NCBI GenBank assembly: GCA_963767925.1
Contig: CAVYGB010000010.1
Coordinates: 416,001-480,000, forward strand
Reading direction: 5' to 3'
DNA length: 64,000 nucleotides
Source: an uncultured delta proteobacterium
GTDB taxonomy: Bacteria; Myxococcota_A; Polyangia; Fen-1088
The notes beneath the pieces were generated by a model. The model had not been told where the DNA came from, made no database searches, and saw nothing but the letters and a program-made list of their open reading frames with translations. Positions within the stretch are counted from its first letter, which is position 1, and every line of letters starts with the position of its first letter. The position numbers and the translations under genes were made by a program. Positions 1 through 10,270 of the stretch are shown piece by piece.

Positions 1-1
1 C

Positions 2-535
2 CCGCAGGAGTTCTACCAGCCCTTCGACAACCAGAACGAGCGCTGGCTGGAGATGGCCCTGTTTCCCCGCCGCCGCATCCCGCCCGAGCAGCGTCCGACC
101 TTCGACGAGCTGATGAAGGAGCGCGACAATCTGTTCCGGAACAACCCGAAGACCACCTTCGTCGCGGCGCACATGGGCTGGCACGCGAACGACCTCGAGC
201 GCCTGGGCAAGATGCTGACCGAGATGCCGAACCTGTACACCGAGGTCGGAGCGGTGCTGTACGACATCGGCCGGCAGCCGCGGGCGGCCCGCGACTTCTT
301 CGTGAAGTACCAGGACCGCATCCTGTTCGGGAAGGACTCCTTCCAGCCCGAGGAGTACCCGTATTACTGGCGGGTCTTCGAGACGCGGGACGACTACTTC
401 GACTACTACCGGAACTACCACGCGTTCTGGAAGCTGTACGGCATCGACTTGCCGGACGCCGTCCTCAAGAAGGTCTACTACCAGAACGCCCTGCGAATCA
501 CGCCAGGTCTTCCGAAGGCCGGCTGGCCACGATAG
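2..535 (+). CDS. Amidohydrolase_2 family protein, 5'-partial
   Basis: Frame open from the window edge; motifs FVAAHMGW, PNLYTE, QDRILFGKD and LKKVYYQNA of the amidohydrolase TIM barrel. Confidence 0.8.
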   Translation, partial: PQEFYQPFDNQNERWLEMALFPRRRIPPEQRPTFDELMKERDNLFRNNPKTTFVAAHMGWHANDLERLGKMLTEMPNLYTEVGAVLYDIGRQPRAARDFFVKYQDRILFGKDSFQPEEYPYYWRVFETRDDYFDYYRNYHAFWKLYGIDLPDAVLKKVYYQNALRITPGLPKAGWPR

Positions 536-903
536 GCGCCGCCCGGGGGCGGGAGGCCCGCACGTTCAGGGCGCTGATCGCCCGGTGACAGGTTGAACCG
601 AGCCGTGGGCGAACGCCGCCGACAGTTCGTGAACGTCGACACGGGCCTGCCACCATCGGCCGGCACACTGGGCGGCGATGAACCACGCTGGCGGCCGTCC
701 GCGCGTGGTTGCCAGAAGCGGCTCGCTGAAGGCGGGCCGGGATTCCCCCCGACTCCACTTCTCGCCGCGGCCTGCCGGACCGAGCCTGGCCGGCAGCTTC
801 GGCACGATTCGCCGGGCCCACCACTCCCAGGCGAGCGGCGCGCGGCCCGTCGGAGGCGGGAGCGAGGACCAGCGGCGCGCCACTTCGTGAGCTGTCCAAC
901 AAA

Positions 904-1257
904 ATGCATCGCATCCACGAAGAGCCGGCTACACTGTGGCTCGTGACCGAACCCCGCGTCCGAGTCGAAGTTGACGGCCAGAATGTTGCCTATGGAAAGC
1001 GCCTGCACATCCTCCCCGACATCCCCATCCGGATGCCGCTCGACCCGGAGGATCTCGTATCGCGGGCGTACCTCAACGCCTGGGCACTCTCCAAGGAAGA
1101 GCGAGACGCGGTCCTGATCGATCTCGGCGGCGCCAAGCGCGCGGTGCGGGTCAAGGTCGCGATCCACGATGACGCCTGCTTCTTCTACGCCAGCCAGACG
1201 CCGGTCATCAGCGAGCGCGTTCGCTTCCAGCGCGAGCGCTACCCCGTCAAGCAGTAG
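904..1257 (+). CDS. Hypothetical protein
   Basis: 117-aa ORF with GC-rich third positions and normal composition; no recognised motif. Confidence 0.5.
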   Translation: MHRIHEEPATLWLVTEPRVRVEVDGQNVAYGKRLHILPDIPIRMPLDPEDLVSRAYLNAWALSKEERDAVLIDLGGAKRAVRVKVAIHDDACFFYASQTPVISERVRFQRERYPVKQ

Positions 1258-1356
1258 GGCCTCCGGGCCAGCCAGCGGGCGCACCACCTCGCCCGTTCTG
1301 CGCCAAGAGCGCACGCTCCGTCACCGCTGAACGGCTGCACCGCGCGTCGCGCGCGC

Positions 1357-2334
1357 TCAGGGCACCTGCCGCGAGGCAGGTCCGCTCCTGGCGCGCCGTC
1401 GCACCAGCCGGCCAGCGAGGATGACAGCGCCGACCACCACCCCGCCGGCGATCAGCCCGACGAGGGCGTTGCCCAGCGCGGGCGCCAGGAACGCGAGCAG
1501 CCCGCCGACCCCAGGGACGGCGCCCGCATGTTCGGCGGTGCCCTCGATAAGGTGGTCCAGGGGCGGGATGCCGTGAGTGAGGATGCCGCCGCCCACCAGG
1601 AACATGGCCACCGTCCCGGCGATCGACAGCCCCTTCATCATATAGGGCGCTGCCCGCAAGATCCCGGTCCCGAGGCTGCGCTGGAAGCGCGCCGAGACGG
1701 CCTGGCCCGGGCGCTGGCTGAGGTGCAGCCCGGCGTCGTCCAGCTTGACGATGCCGGCCACGAAGCCATACACCCCCACGGTCATCACCAGCGCGATGGC
1801 GGTGAGGACGCTGACGCGGGTGACGAACGAAGACGCCGCCACGGTGCCCAGCGTGATGGCGACGATCTCCGCCGAGAGGATGAAGTCGGTGCGGATGGCG
1901 CCCTTGATCTTGTCCTTCTCGAGGGCGACGAGATCAACGCTGGGATCGACCAGGGCGGCGACGTGCTTTTCGCGGTGGTCGGCGTCCTCAGCCGGCCCGT
2001 GCAGCAGCTTGTGGGCGACCTTCTCGAAGCCCTCGTAACACAGGAACGCGCCGCCGATCATGAGCAGCGGCACCACCGCCCAGGGGATGAGGGCGCTGAT
2101 CGCCAGCGCCGCCGGGACCAGGATGGCCTTGTTCAGCAGCGAGCCTTTGGCCACCGCCCACACCACCGGCAGCTCCCGGCTGGCGTCCACGCCGCTGACC
2201 TGCTGGGCGTTGAGCGCGAGGTCATCGCCGAGAACGCCCGCCGTCTTCTTGGCGGCGACCTTGGTCAACACCGCCACATCGTCGAGGACGCTGGCGATGT
2301 CGTCGATCAGCGCCAGCAAACTGCCACCCGCCAT
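1357..2334 (-). CDS. yedI: DUF808 family inner-membrane protein
   Basis: N-terminus [19 protein letters not shown]...[19 protein letters not shown] and [19 protein letters not shown] are typical of YedI/DUF808. Confidence 0.9.
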   Translation of the reverse strand: MAGGSLLALIDDIASVLDDVAVLTKVAAKKTAGVLGDDLALNAQQVSGVDASRELPVVWAVAKGSLLNKAILVPAALAISALIPWAVVPLLMIGGAFLCYEGFEKVAHKLLHGPAEDADHREKHVAALVDPSVDLVALEKDKIKGAIRTDFILSAEIVAITLGTVAASSFVTRVSVLTAIALVMTVGVYGFVAGIVKLDDAGLHLSQRPGQAVSARFQRSLGTGILRAAPYMMKGLSIAGTVAMFLVGGGILTHGIPPLDHLIEGTAEHAGAVPGVGGLLAFLAPALGNALVGLIAGGVVVGAVILAGRLVRRRARSGPASRQVP

Positions 2335-2683
2335 GACGGCACGACGCTATCACGGACAGCGTCAGCGCCGGGCGGTGAAAGGGACCGCGCGCGGGGGGCG
2401 TGGTCCGCGGCCGCCGGTCACCCCCGCGCTCGGTGCGCGGAGACGATCTCGCGGAAGCGATTCTCTTCCCAGGTCCAGTCCTCCCGGACCATGCGCGGGC
2501 CTGGCGGGCGCCTCTGACCTGCCTCGGGGCGGTTGGACCCCTTGGAGCGGCGAGGGCGGCGTTCATCGTTGCGGCGCATCTTCATTTCGGGGGTCTTCTT
2601 AGCACGGGCTCGGCCTTCAGCGGCGCCCGGTTCGCGCGCAAAGATCGCTGACTTCTTTTGACCACTCGGCCATACCTCTGGCC

Positions 2684-3295
2684 ATGGCCCCGGTGGTTCC
2701 GGACCCGAAGAAGATCAAGAGCTTCCCCACCGAGGCGGCGTTCGAGCGCTGGCTGGCCGCGCACCACGACCGGGAGACGGAGATCTGGCTGAAGGTCTTC
2801 AAGAAGGGCTCGAAGGTGCCGTCGGTGACCTGTCCGCAGGCGCTGGACGTCGCGCTCTGCTGGGGGTGGATCGACGGCATCCGCAAGTCCCTCGACGAGA
2901 GCTCGTTCCTGCAGCGCTACAGCCCGCGCCGGTCCCGCAGCATCTGGAGTCAGATCAACCGCGACAACGTGGCCCGGCTGACGGCGGCGGGCCGCATGAC
3001 CGAACACGGCCAGCGGCAGGTGGACGCCGCCCGGGCGGACGGGCGCTGGGAGGCGGCCTACGCCCCCATGCGCAGCGCGACCACCGCCACCGTCCCCGAC
3101 GATCTGCGCGCGGCCATCGAGGCGAACCCCCGGGCGCGCAAGCGGTTCAACACCCTCGGGCGGCCAAACCTCTTCGCCCTGGCCTTCCGCGTGAACAACC
3201 TGAAGACCCCCGCCGGACGCGCCCGGAAGATCGCCGAGCTGGTGGCGATGCTGGCCCGGGGCGAGACCATCGTCCCCGAGCCCGGGCGCTCGTGA
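2684..3295 (+). CDS. YdeI/OmpD-associated family protein
   Basis: FERWLAAHH, ALCWGWIDG, YSPRRSRSIWSQIN, VPDDLRAAI motifs. Confidence 0.88.
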   Translation: MAPVVPDPKKIKSFPTEAAFERWLAAHHDRETEIWLKVFKKGSKVPSVTCPQALDVALCWGWIDGIRKSLDESSFLQRYSPRRSRSIWSQINRDNVARLTAAGRMTEHGQRQVDAARADGRWEAAYAPMRSATTATVPDDLRAAIEANPRARKRFNTLGRPNLFALAFRVNNLKTPAGRARKIAELVAMLARGETIVPEPGRS

Positions 3296-3422
3296 CGCCG
3301 GGCCCCAGCAGCCCGCTGGACGACACGAGGGTCAAAGGTTCAACATCTGGTCGGGCACCGCTGAATACGCCGGCGTGCCGCCGCATGAACGCTATCGCTC
3401 AACCAGACACGGACAGGGTGCG

Positions 3423-4160
3423 ATGAAAATGACTGGAGAAGCAAAGGCGCCGGGACGCATCGAGGGAGCGATCGCGCGCCTCTTCATGAAGCGCGTCCTG
3501 GTTCGCGAATCACGCGCGCTCGACGAACGCTTCCGTCTGGTCACGCTGAGCGGCGAGTCGCTTCGAGGCATTCGGTGGACGCCCGGGCAGAAGGTGCAAG
3601 TGGCGCTCGGCGGCTGGGTCTATCGAACCTTCACGCCGCTCTCCTGGGACGCGGTCGAGGGCTCCACGCAGCTCCTCCTGTTCCTCCACGGCGAAGCCCC
3701 GGGCGCGGTCTGGGGGCGCACCCTGGCGGCCGGTGATTCGTGCACGATGTTCGGTCCGCGCCATTCGCTCGCCCTCGACACGCTCGATCGGCCCGCGCTG
3801 CTCTTTGGCGACGAGACCTCGTTCGCGCTGGCCCACGCGATGCGCTTCACCTCCCGAGGCGCAGAAGGCGTCCGCATGGTGTTCGAGGTGGACTCCCGGG
3901 AAATCGCCGAAGGCATCCTGGGGGACCTCGGGGTCGCCGACTTCGATCTGATCGAACGAAGGCCGAACGATGCCCACCTGAGCGAGGTCGAGGAGGTCGC
4001 CGCCGGTCACCTGCAGGCTCGCTCCATCAAGAGCTGCGCCCTCTCGGGCAAGGCGTCTTCGATCCAGAGGCTGAACAAGCGCCTGCGCGCGCTCGGCCTC
4101 TCGAGCGCCCAGCTTCGAACGCGGGCCTACTGGGCAACGGGGAAGGTGGGCCTGGACTGA
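3423..4160 (+). CDS. Siderophore-interacting (FAD-binding, ViuB/YqjH-like) protein
   Basis: WTPGQKVQ, RTFTP, LLFGDETS, and C-terminal RAYWATGK motifs. Confidence 0.8.
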   Translation: MKMTGEAKAPGRIEGAIARLFMKRVLVRESRALDERFRLVTLSGESLRGIRWTPGQKVQVALGGWVYRTFTPLSWDAVEGSTQLLLFLHGEAPGAVWGRTLAAGDSCTMFGPRHSLALDTLDRPALLFGDETSFALAHAMRFTSRGAEGVRMVFEVDSREIAEGILGDLGVADFDLIERRPNDAHLSEVEEVAAGHLQARSIKSCALSGKASSIQRLNKRLRALGLSSAQLRTRAYWATGKVGLD

Positions 4161-4762
4161 GGAGCCTTGCGGTCCGCGCGCGGTCGTGTGGGGAGCGGCG
4201 GAGTGGGGGTCAGACGTGATCTTCTGGCCGTCCTTCGCGGCTGCCGGTGTCGTGCCGGTTGGCATCGTCGCCACGGCGATCCACCTGGTCTTCGCCGTCC
4301 TCGAGCTCTGGGCGTACGTGGCGCGCGCCTCACGCGCGACCGCCGCCAGCGGCTGAGCTTCCGTTACGTCGACAGGTGAGCCGGGGTGGAGGCCTCGGGG
4401 CACTTCGAGGCGGGGGGCGGGCCGGGCCGATGAGGCGGCCGGCTGCGGGCGGCATGGGTCTAGACGCGAGTCGCCGCCGCGGATGGCCATGGGCGAGCGA
4501 GGCCGGGTTGGAATTTTACACGGACGCGGATTGACCGGGAAAAGCCTGGAGACTCGCGTGGATAAGACGGGCGGGACCGCCCGGGGGGGCGCGGCGGCGC
4601 GGCCAGCGGACCCCCTGAACCGTTTCTATCGTGTGGTTTTTTTGATCCGATCTGCCCCAGTGATCGTACACGGACGGATAGAGCACGTGTGACCGCTTGT
4701 CGTGGTGCGCGAGTACCGCCATGGCCCAGGTAGTCACTCCCTCATCCCCCCAAGGAGTGCAG

Positions 4763-6475
4763 ATGAAGAATATGTTTCGATCCGCGGCGCTCGCCGCAAC
4801 CTTCTCGTTGCTTGGAGCGGCGTGCGTCGAATACCAGCCGCGCAACTCCGTGAACCGCGTGGACGGCGGCGGTCGCCTGGACGCCGGCGGTCGCCTGGAC
4901 GGCGGGGGCGGCGGCCCGGGCACCCTGTACGCACGGCTGGGCGGTGAGCCCGCGATCCGCACCGTTGTCACCGACTTCGTGACCCGCGTGGTGAAGGATC
5001 CCAAGATCAACGGCTACTTCCTCAACTCCTCGATCAGCGGCGCCCGGGTGATCGACTGCCTCGTCATCCAGGTCAGCTCGCTGACCGGCAGCGGGCAGGC
5101 CTACCCCGGCATGAGCGGCTGCCGTGAGATGAAGGCGCTTCACGCCGGCATGAAGATCTCCAAGCAGGACTTCGACGACACGGCCGGCCACCTCGCGGCC
5201 GCCCTCAGCGCCGCCCGCGTGCCCGCGGCGGACGCCAACACGATCCTCACCGCCGTCGCCGGGACCGCCCCCGACATCATCGAAGACGGTGGCAACAACG
5301 CCACGGTGTACCAGCGGGTGGGCCGCAAGCCGGCCATCGCCACCGTCGTGGATCTGTTCGTCAACCGGGTGGCAGCCGACCCCCGCATCAATGGCTTCTT
5401 CGCCGGGGGCGACATCGCCCGTCTGAAGACCTGCCTGGTCCGGCAGGTGTGCAACATCGATGGCCCCTGCAAATACGGGGAAGAGGTCATGGACGCCTCC
5501 GAGCCAGGGGTTGGCCCGGGCAACCGGGCCTGCAGGGACATGCGCTCGCTCCACCTCGGGCTGAAGCTCGGTGGCGCTGCGGGCCGGACCATCGCCAAGG
5601 CCGACTTCGACGCCCTGGTCGAGGACCTGGTCGCGGTGCTCGACCAGGCGGGCGTGCCGGCGGCGGACAAGAACGCCATCCTGGGCGCCCTCGGTCCCCA
5701 GTGCGACGACATCGTGGCCGGCGGCGCCGGGTGCCCCGGTCGTCGGGTCGTGGCCCTGACCAGCGCCAACGCCATCGTTGTCTTCGATTCCAAGACGCCG
5801 GGCACGACCACCGCGCCCATCGCGGTGACCGGCCTGGCCCAGAACGAGACCCTGCACGGCATCACCTTCCGGCCGAAGAACAACCAGCTCATCGGCCTGG
5901 GGTCGAGCAGCCGCATGTACACCATCAACCCCGCCACCGGGGCAGCCACCCCCATCGGCCCGGGCCCCTTCACGCCCGCGCTGAACGGCACGGTCTTCGG
6001 GTTCGACTTCAACCCGACGGTCGACCGCATCCGGGTGGTGAGCGACACGGGGCAGAACCTGCGCATGCACCCCGACACCGGCGCGCTGGCGGGCATGGAC
6101 GCCAACATCAACCCGGGCGGGCTCACCGTCTCGGCGGTGGCCTACACCAACAGCTCGCCCAGCGCCTCCCGGCGGTTCACCACGCTCTACAACATCGACG
6201 TCACCGGGAACAAGCTGGTCACGCAGGGAGGCCTCAACGGCAATCCCTCGCCCAACACCGGCATCCTGATCGACGTCGGTCCGCTGGGCGTAGACCCCAC
6301 GGGCGCCGCCGGGTTCGACATCGTGTACCTGGGCGCCTCGAACTACGCCTACGCGGCGATGACCGTCGGCGGAGCCACCTCGCTGTATTCGATCTCGCTG
6401 GCCACCGGGGCCGCCACCGCGGTGGCCCCCATCGGCGGCGGCGTCGCGGTCAAGGCCCTCGCGATCCTGCCCTGA
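4763..6475 (+). CDS. Lipoprotein with two group-I truncated globin domains and a DUF4394-like C-terminal domain
   Basis: RBS AAGGAG then ATG 4763; lipobox-like LGAAC; two globin repeats (TLYARLGG...MKALH; TVYQRVG...MRSLH); C-terminal FGFDFNPTVDRIRVVSDTGQNLR and AVAYTN. Confidence 0.85.
   Translation: MKNMFRSAALAATFSLLGAACVEYQPRNSVNRVDGGGRLDAGGRLDGGGGGPGTLYARLGGEPAIRTVVTDFVTRVVKDPKINGYFLNSSISGARVIDCLVIQVSSLTGSGQAYPGMSGCREMKALHAGMKISKQDFDDTAGHLAAALSAARVPAADANTILTAVAGTAPDIIEDGGNNATVYQRVGRKPAIATVVDLFVNRVAADPRINGFFAGGDIARLKTCLVRQVCNIDGPCKYGEEVMDASEPGVGPGNRACRDMRSLHLGLKLGGAAGRTIAKADFDALVEDLVAVLDQAGVPAADKNAILGALGPQCDDIVAGGAGCPGRRVVALTSANAIVVFDSKTPGTTTAPIAVTGLAQNETLHGITFRPKNNQLIGLGSSSRMYTINPATGAATPIGPGPFTPALNGTVFGFDFNPTVDRIRVVSDTGQNLRMHPDTGALAGMDANINPGGLTVSAVAYTNSSPSASRRFTTLYNIDVTGNKLVTQGGLNGNPSPNTGILIDVGPLGVDPTGAAGFDIVYLGASNYAYAAMTVGGATSLYSISLATGAATAVAPIGGGVAVKALAILP
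4861..4915 (+). repeat. 18-bp tandem repeat encoding a DGGGRL/DAGGRL linker
   Basis: GGACG(G/C)CGGCGGTCGCCT twice followed by a partial third copy, inside the globin lipoprotein. Confidence 0.7.
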
Positions 6476-6560
6476 CGGCAGCCGCTCCTGGAGGGTGGCC
6501 GGGCCCCTGGCTCGGCCGCCCTCACCTTCCGCGTTCCACGAAGCCCCCCGGTCCGACCGC

Positions 6561-8372
6561 TCAGCGAGCGGTCGCGGGGGGTTTGTGCGTTGGGGGCTCT
6601 GTCAGCACTACCCGCACCTCGCCCTCTCCGGCGGGCAAGGGTGAATCGCCGACAAGCACCACGGAGCGCCCCACCGGTAGATCCGCGACGCTGCCGAGCC
6701 CGCCCAGCAGCCACAGCGCGCCGCTGGGCCTCGCGGCGGCTGCCTCCCCGCCGGCCGACCGCACCAGCAGCAGGTGGATCGCCCGACCCGCGGGCGCCGG
6801 CGCAGTCCGCAGCACGAGCGCCCGGGGCGGCCTGTCGGCTGGCAGCGTGAGCTGGCAGAGGGCCAGCCCCGCTTCGGGCCACTCCTGCAGCGGCTGGGCG
6901 CAGGCGGCGGGAGGCGCGGTGGTCAGCGCGGCCCACGGCATTTGCTGGAAGGCGGGGTCACGGGTGAGGAGGACCACCGGCCCCCCCGGCGGGCCCGCCA
7001 GCTTGAAGCCGTACCCGAACACGAGCGCCCGGCCCATCGCCAGGCTGTCCGGGCCGTGAAGCGCCACGGTCTGGAGCGCCTCGGGGAGCGCGCGCTGCTG
7101 CACCAGATGTTTCTGCAGCATCTCGAGGTGCCAGACGAAGGTTCGGTCCGCCAGCGGCGCCGCCAGCGGCCAGGGGACCGCCGCCCCGTGGTGGTCGGGA
7201 ATGCGCGCCAGCGTCCGGTGGGCGGCCAGCCCGCCCGGGCTGTGCGCGGCGAGATTCCAGCGTAGCCCGCCCTGCGGGTCGGCCATGTCGAAGTTGTAGC
7301 GCGCGAAGTGCCGGCCGCCCGGGGCGGACGAGCCGAACAGGAAGGCCACCGCGGCGACCACGGTGACGCCCGCGATGGCTGCCGCCCGCCGGGCGGGCGA
7401 CAGCGCCGACAGGCGGCGAAACCCCTGGACCGCGGCAGCGGCGAAGGCCGGCGCCGCGAACATGGCGTAGTGAAACCGGAGCTGCTCCTCCACCTTCCAG
7501 CGCGTGCCGATCAACATGAGCACGCCCGGCAGAGCCCCCGCGAGCCACCTCCCGCCCAGCCAGGGCAACCCGCCCGCCGTCGCCGCGATGGCCAGGACCA
7601 GCGCCAGGCGCGCGCTCAGCAACGGCGCTACCGCACCCCGGCCGTCGCCTCCGGCCGAACCGGTCAGGTGGATCGCCATCGAGAGATCGCTGCCTCCCAG
7701 CCAGCGCCGCACCCCGAAGAAGTAGAGGGCAAAGTAGGCCGCAAACGCCGCCGCCGTCGCCAGCCGGCGCCGCTTCGACAACTGCGGCGCCGCCAGCACG
7801 GTCGCGATCGCCACCAGCGCAAACTCCTCGCGGGCCAGGCAGGCGATCCCCAGGCCCGCGAGCGACAGATGGTCGAGCGTGCCCCGCCGCCCGGCGCGCA
7901 GCAGGGCCGCCGTCGCGAACGGCACCCCCAGGAGATCCGGCCGGGCATCGAACAGGAAGGGGTTGAGCACCAGCGGCGAGCTCAGCACCACCAGCCCTAG
8001 CCAGAGCACGAGCAGCGCCGGCGCGCTCGTGCGGCTCACCTCGCGGACAACCAGCGCCGCCGTCACCCCGAAGGCGATGGCCTGGGCCGCCGCCAGGACC
8101 GCGGCCGCCGGCAGGAGCAGGGTCAACGGCGCCAGCGCCACACCCAGGAAATGGCCGTGCAGGCCGAGGTTGTGCATCCCCACCACAGGGTTCCAGGGAT
8201 CGCCATGCCCCCAGCCCCACAGCCCGCGCGCGTAGAGGAGGAGGTCGAAGCTCTGCGCGCGGCCGAAGAAGCAGAGCCGCAGCAGCAGAACCCCGACGAG
8301 GCCCGTCGCGACCGCTGCCACGGCCCCGGGCAGCCACAGATGTCGCAGCCGCGAGCCGATCCCCGCAGTCAC
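6561..8372 (-). CDS. DUF2079-like polytopic membrane protein (GT-C-like)
   Basis: SFDLLLY near the N-terminus, HNLGLHGH, LACLAREE, FHY motifs and many TM segments. Confidence 0.7.
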   Translation of the reverse strand: MTAGIGSRLRHLWLPGAVAAVATGLVGVLLLRLCFFGRAQSFDLLLYARGLWGWGHGDPWNPVVGMHNLGLHGHFLGVALAPLTLLLPAAAVLAAAQAIAFGVTAALVVREVSRTSAPALLVLWLGLVVLSSPLVLNPFLFDARPDLLGVPFATAALLRAGRRGTLDHLSLAGLGIACLAREEFALVAIATVLAAPQLSKRRRLATAAAFAAYFALYFFGVRRWLGGSDLSMAIHLTGSAGGDGRGAVAPLLSARLALVLAIAATAGGLPWLGGRWLAGALPGVLMLIGTRWKVEEQLRFHYAMFAAPAFAAAAVQGFRRLSALSPARRAAAIAGVTVVAAVAFLFGSSAPGGRHFARYNFDMADPQGGLRWNLAAHSPGGLAAHRTLARIPDHHGAAVPWPLAAPLADRTFVWHLEMLQKHLVQQRALPEALQTVALHGPDSLAMGRALVFGYGFKLAGPPGGPVVLLTRDPAFQQMPWAALTTAPPAACAQPLQEWPEAGLALCQLTLPADRPPRALVLRTAPAPAGRAIHLLLVRSAGGEAAAARPSGALWLLGGLGSVADLPVGRSVVLVGDSPLPAGEGEVRVVLTEPPTHKPPATAR

Positions 8373-8477
8373 ACCCGGAATATCGTCGGTCGACCACCTC
8401 GCCTTGAACGGCGACGGCCGCCGCCGACCGGCGAGGAGCTCACGTCAGGACCCGACTGACCGGTGGCCTCGGTCGGG

Positions 8478-9923
8478 CTACCCCGAGCGCAGGCGCTGGC
8501 GACGGGTGTGGAGGATCTGGGCGAACGAGCGCAGGGCGAGCTCGTCGGGGGTGAGGCCGGTCGCGGCGGCGTCTTCCAGATCGATGGCGCCCGCGCTGAG
8601 GGCGCGCAGGAAGTAGTTGAGCAAGCCCTGGCCGGTGGCGGCGTCGTCGAAGACGTCGCCGACCAGGGTGGCCTGGGCGGCCTTCTCGACGAAGGCGCGC
8701 AGGCGCTCGGCGGCCTGGTCGAGGCCTTCGAGGAAGAAGGCGAAGCTGGCGGCGTAGCGCGCGGGGAGCTGGGCGGGGTGCAGGTCCCAGCCCTGGTAGA
8801 AGCCGCCGCGCAGGGAGTGGCGGATGTGGCGGTGGGCGAGCTGCCAGGCGGCGTGGACCGCGGCCCGGTTCTGGGCCTGCTGCTCGGCGGTCAGCGTCTC
8901 TTCGGCTTGCCGGTGCGGGCCCACCGGCATGACGTTGGTGGCCCCGTCGGACAGGAAGATCCCGGTGCCGGCGTAGGCGAGCAGCATCATGCCCTTGGCC
9001 AGATCGCACATGGGGTGGGCCATGGTCTGGTGGGCGGCGGTGATGCCGCAGGAGGCGGTGTAATCGTAGGTCCCGAAGTGGGCGCCCCGGCAGCGCCCCT
9101 CGCAGGCGGCCAGGAAGCCCGGCAAGGGAGAGCGGCCGTCGGGGCCCAGCAGGGCCTGGGTCACCTCGATCATGATCTCCATGTGCAGCGTCCCCGGCCC
9201 GAGGTTGTGGCGGGCCTCGAGGATCTCGAACAGCCGCACCAGGGTGCGCGGCTGCTCGGCCAGGGTGACCTTGGGCAGGGTGACCACGAAGTTGTCGGGC
9301 AAGCGCGCAGGCCGGCCGCGCGTCTCGTGGAGGAGGGTGTCGACGAACAGCTCCAGCGTGCGGGCGCCCCGGCGCTGCCACTCCTCGCCGAAGGATTTGA
9401 TGCGGATGCCGAAGAAGGGCGGCAGGAGCCCTCCGGCCATCGCCCGGCTCACCTCGCGGGCAGCGGCCCGGGCGGCCTCGTCCTCCTCGGCGTCGGGGCG
9501 GGCGCCGAACCCGTCCTCGAAGTCGATGCGGAAGTCCTCCACCGGCTCGCGGGCCAGCTTCGCCCGCACCCGGTCGAACACGGTGAGGGCCAGCCAGGCC
9601 TCCGGCTCGCGCCGGCGGAAGGCGGCCCGATCGCGGACCAGCTCCCCCGTCAGGGCGCCCAGCTCCCTCCCCGCCAGCGCGGCGGCGGACCCGAAGCCCA
9701 CCCCGCGGGCCAGCTCCAGGGGATCGGGGGCGTAGCGCTCGAGGCTGCTTAGGGCCAGCTCGCCCAGGCGCCGGGTGGTCTCGGCTCGGTAGAGCTGCGC
9801 CCCGCCGTAGACGGTGTGGACGGGCTGGCGGCCGGGCGGATCGCCCGGGTAAAACGCGGCAAGGGTGCGGTTCGCCGCCGCCAGGGCGTCGAGGTGGTGT
9901 CGGGCCTCGTCGAGCAAGCTCAT
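8478..9923 (-). CDS. CitE/malate-synthase-like aldolase/lyase (DUF6986-like)
   Basis: RQPVHTVYGGA, EDFRIDFEDGFG, HFGTYDY, LSDGATN, QGWDLHPAQL; last gene of the purine catabolic operon. Confidence 0.75.
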   Translation of the reverse strand: MSLLDEARHHLDALAAANRTLAAFYPGDPPGRQPVHTVYGGAQLYRAETTRRLGELALSSLERYAPDPLELARGVGFGSAAALAGRELGALTGELVRDRAAFRRREPEAWLALTVFDRVRAKLAREPVEDFRIDFEDGFGARPDAEEDEAARAAAREVSRAMAGGLLPPFFGIRIKSFGEEWQRRGARTLELFVDTLLHETRGRPARLPDNFVVTLPKVTLAEQPRTLVRLFEILEARHNLGPGTLHMEIMIEVTQALLGPDGRSPLPGFLAACEGRCRGAHFGTYDYTASCGITAAHQTMAHPMCDLAKGMMLLAYAGTGIFLSDGATNVMPVGPHRQAEETLTAEQQAQNRAAVHAAWQLAHRHIRHSLRGGFYQGWDLHPAQLPARYAASFAFFLEGLDQAAERLRAFVEKAAQATLVGDVFDDAATGQGLLNYFLRALSAGAIDLEDAAATGLTPDELALRSFAQILHTRRQRLRSG

Positions 9924-9931
9924 GGCGTGCC

Positions 9932-10270
9932 TCAGCTTCCGCGGTAGGTGGAGTAACCGAACGGGGAGAGCAGCAAGGGGATGTGGTGGTGCTCCCCCGG
10001 AGCGGTGACCTCGAAGACCACCTCCACCCGGGGGTAGAACACCGGCCGGCCGCCCGCGCGGAGGTAGGCCCCGGTGTCGAAGGTGAGCCGATAGGTCCCC
10101 GCCACCAGCCCGCCCGCCGGCAGCAGGTCCCGCACCCGCCCGTCCCCGTCGCTGACCCGCTCGGCCAGCAGGCGCCAGGACGCCGCCTCGAGCACGTCGA
10201 GGCGGATCGGCACGCCCCCCGCAGGCCGGCCCAGCGCGGTGTCGAGCACGTGGGTGGTGAGAGGGCTCAT
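9932..10270 (-). CDS. uraH: 5-hydroxyisourate hydrolase
   Basis: LTTHVLD N-terminus, FYPRVEV, HHHIPLLLSPFGYSTYRGS C-terminal signature. Confidence 0.95.
   Translation of the reverse strand: MSPLTTHVLDTALGRPAGGVPIRLDVLEAASWRLLAERVSDGDGRVRDLLPAGGLVAGTYRLTFDTGAYLRAGGRPVFYPRVEVVFEVTAPGEHHHIPLLLSPFGYSTYRGS

Noticed and set aside
4217..4355. Hydrophobic coding-like fragment (VIFWPSFAAAGVVPVG...)
   Set aside because: Too short to assign; probably a gene remnant
4640..4660. FNR-like site TTGATCCGATC upstream of the globin gene
   Set aside because: Spacer and second half-site do not fit TTGAT-N4-ATCAA
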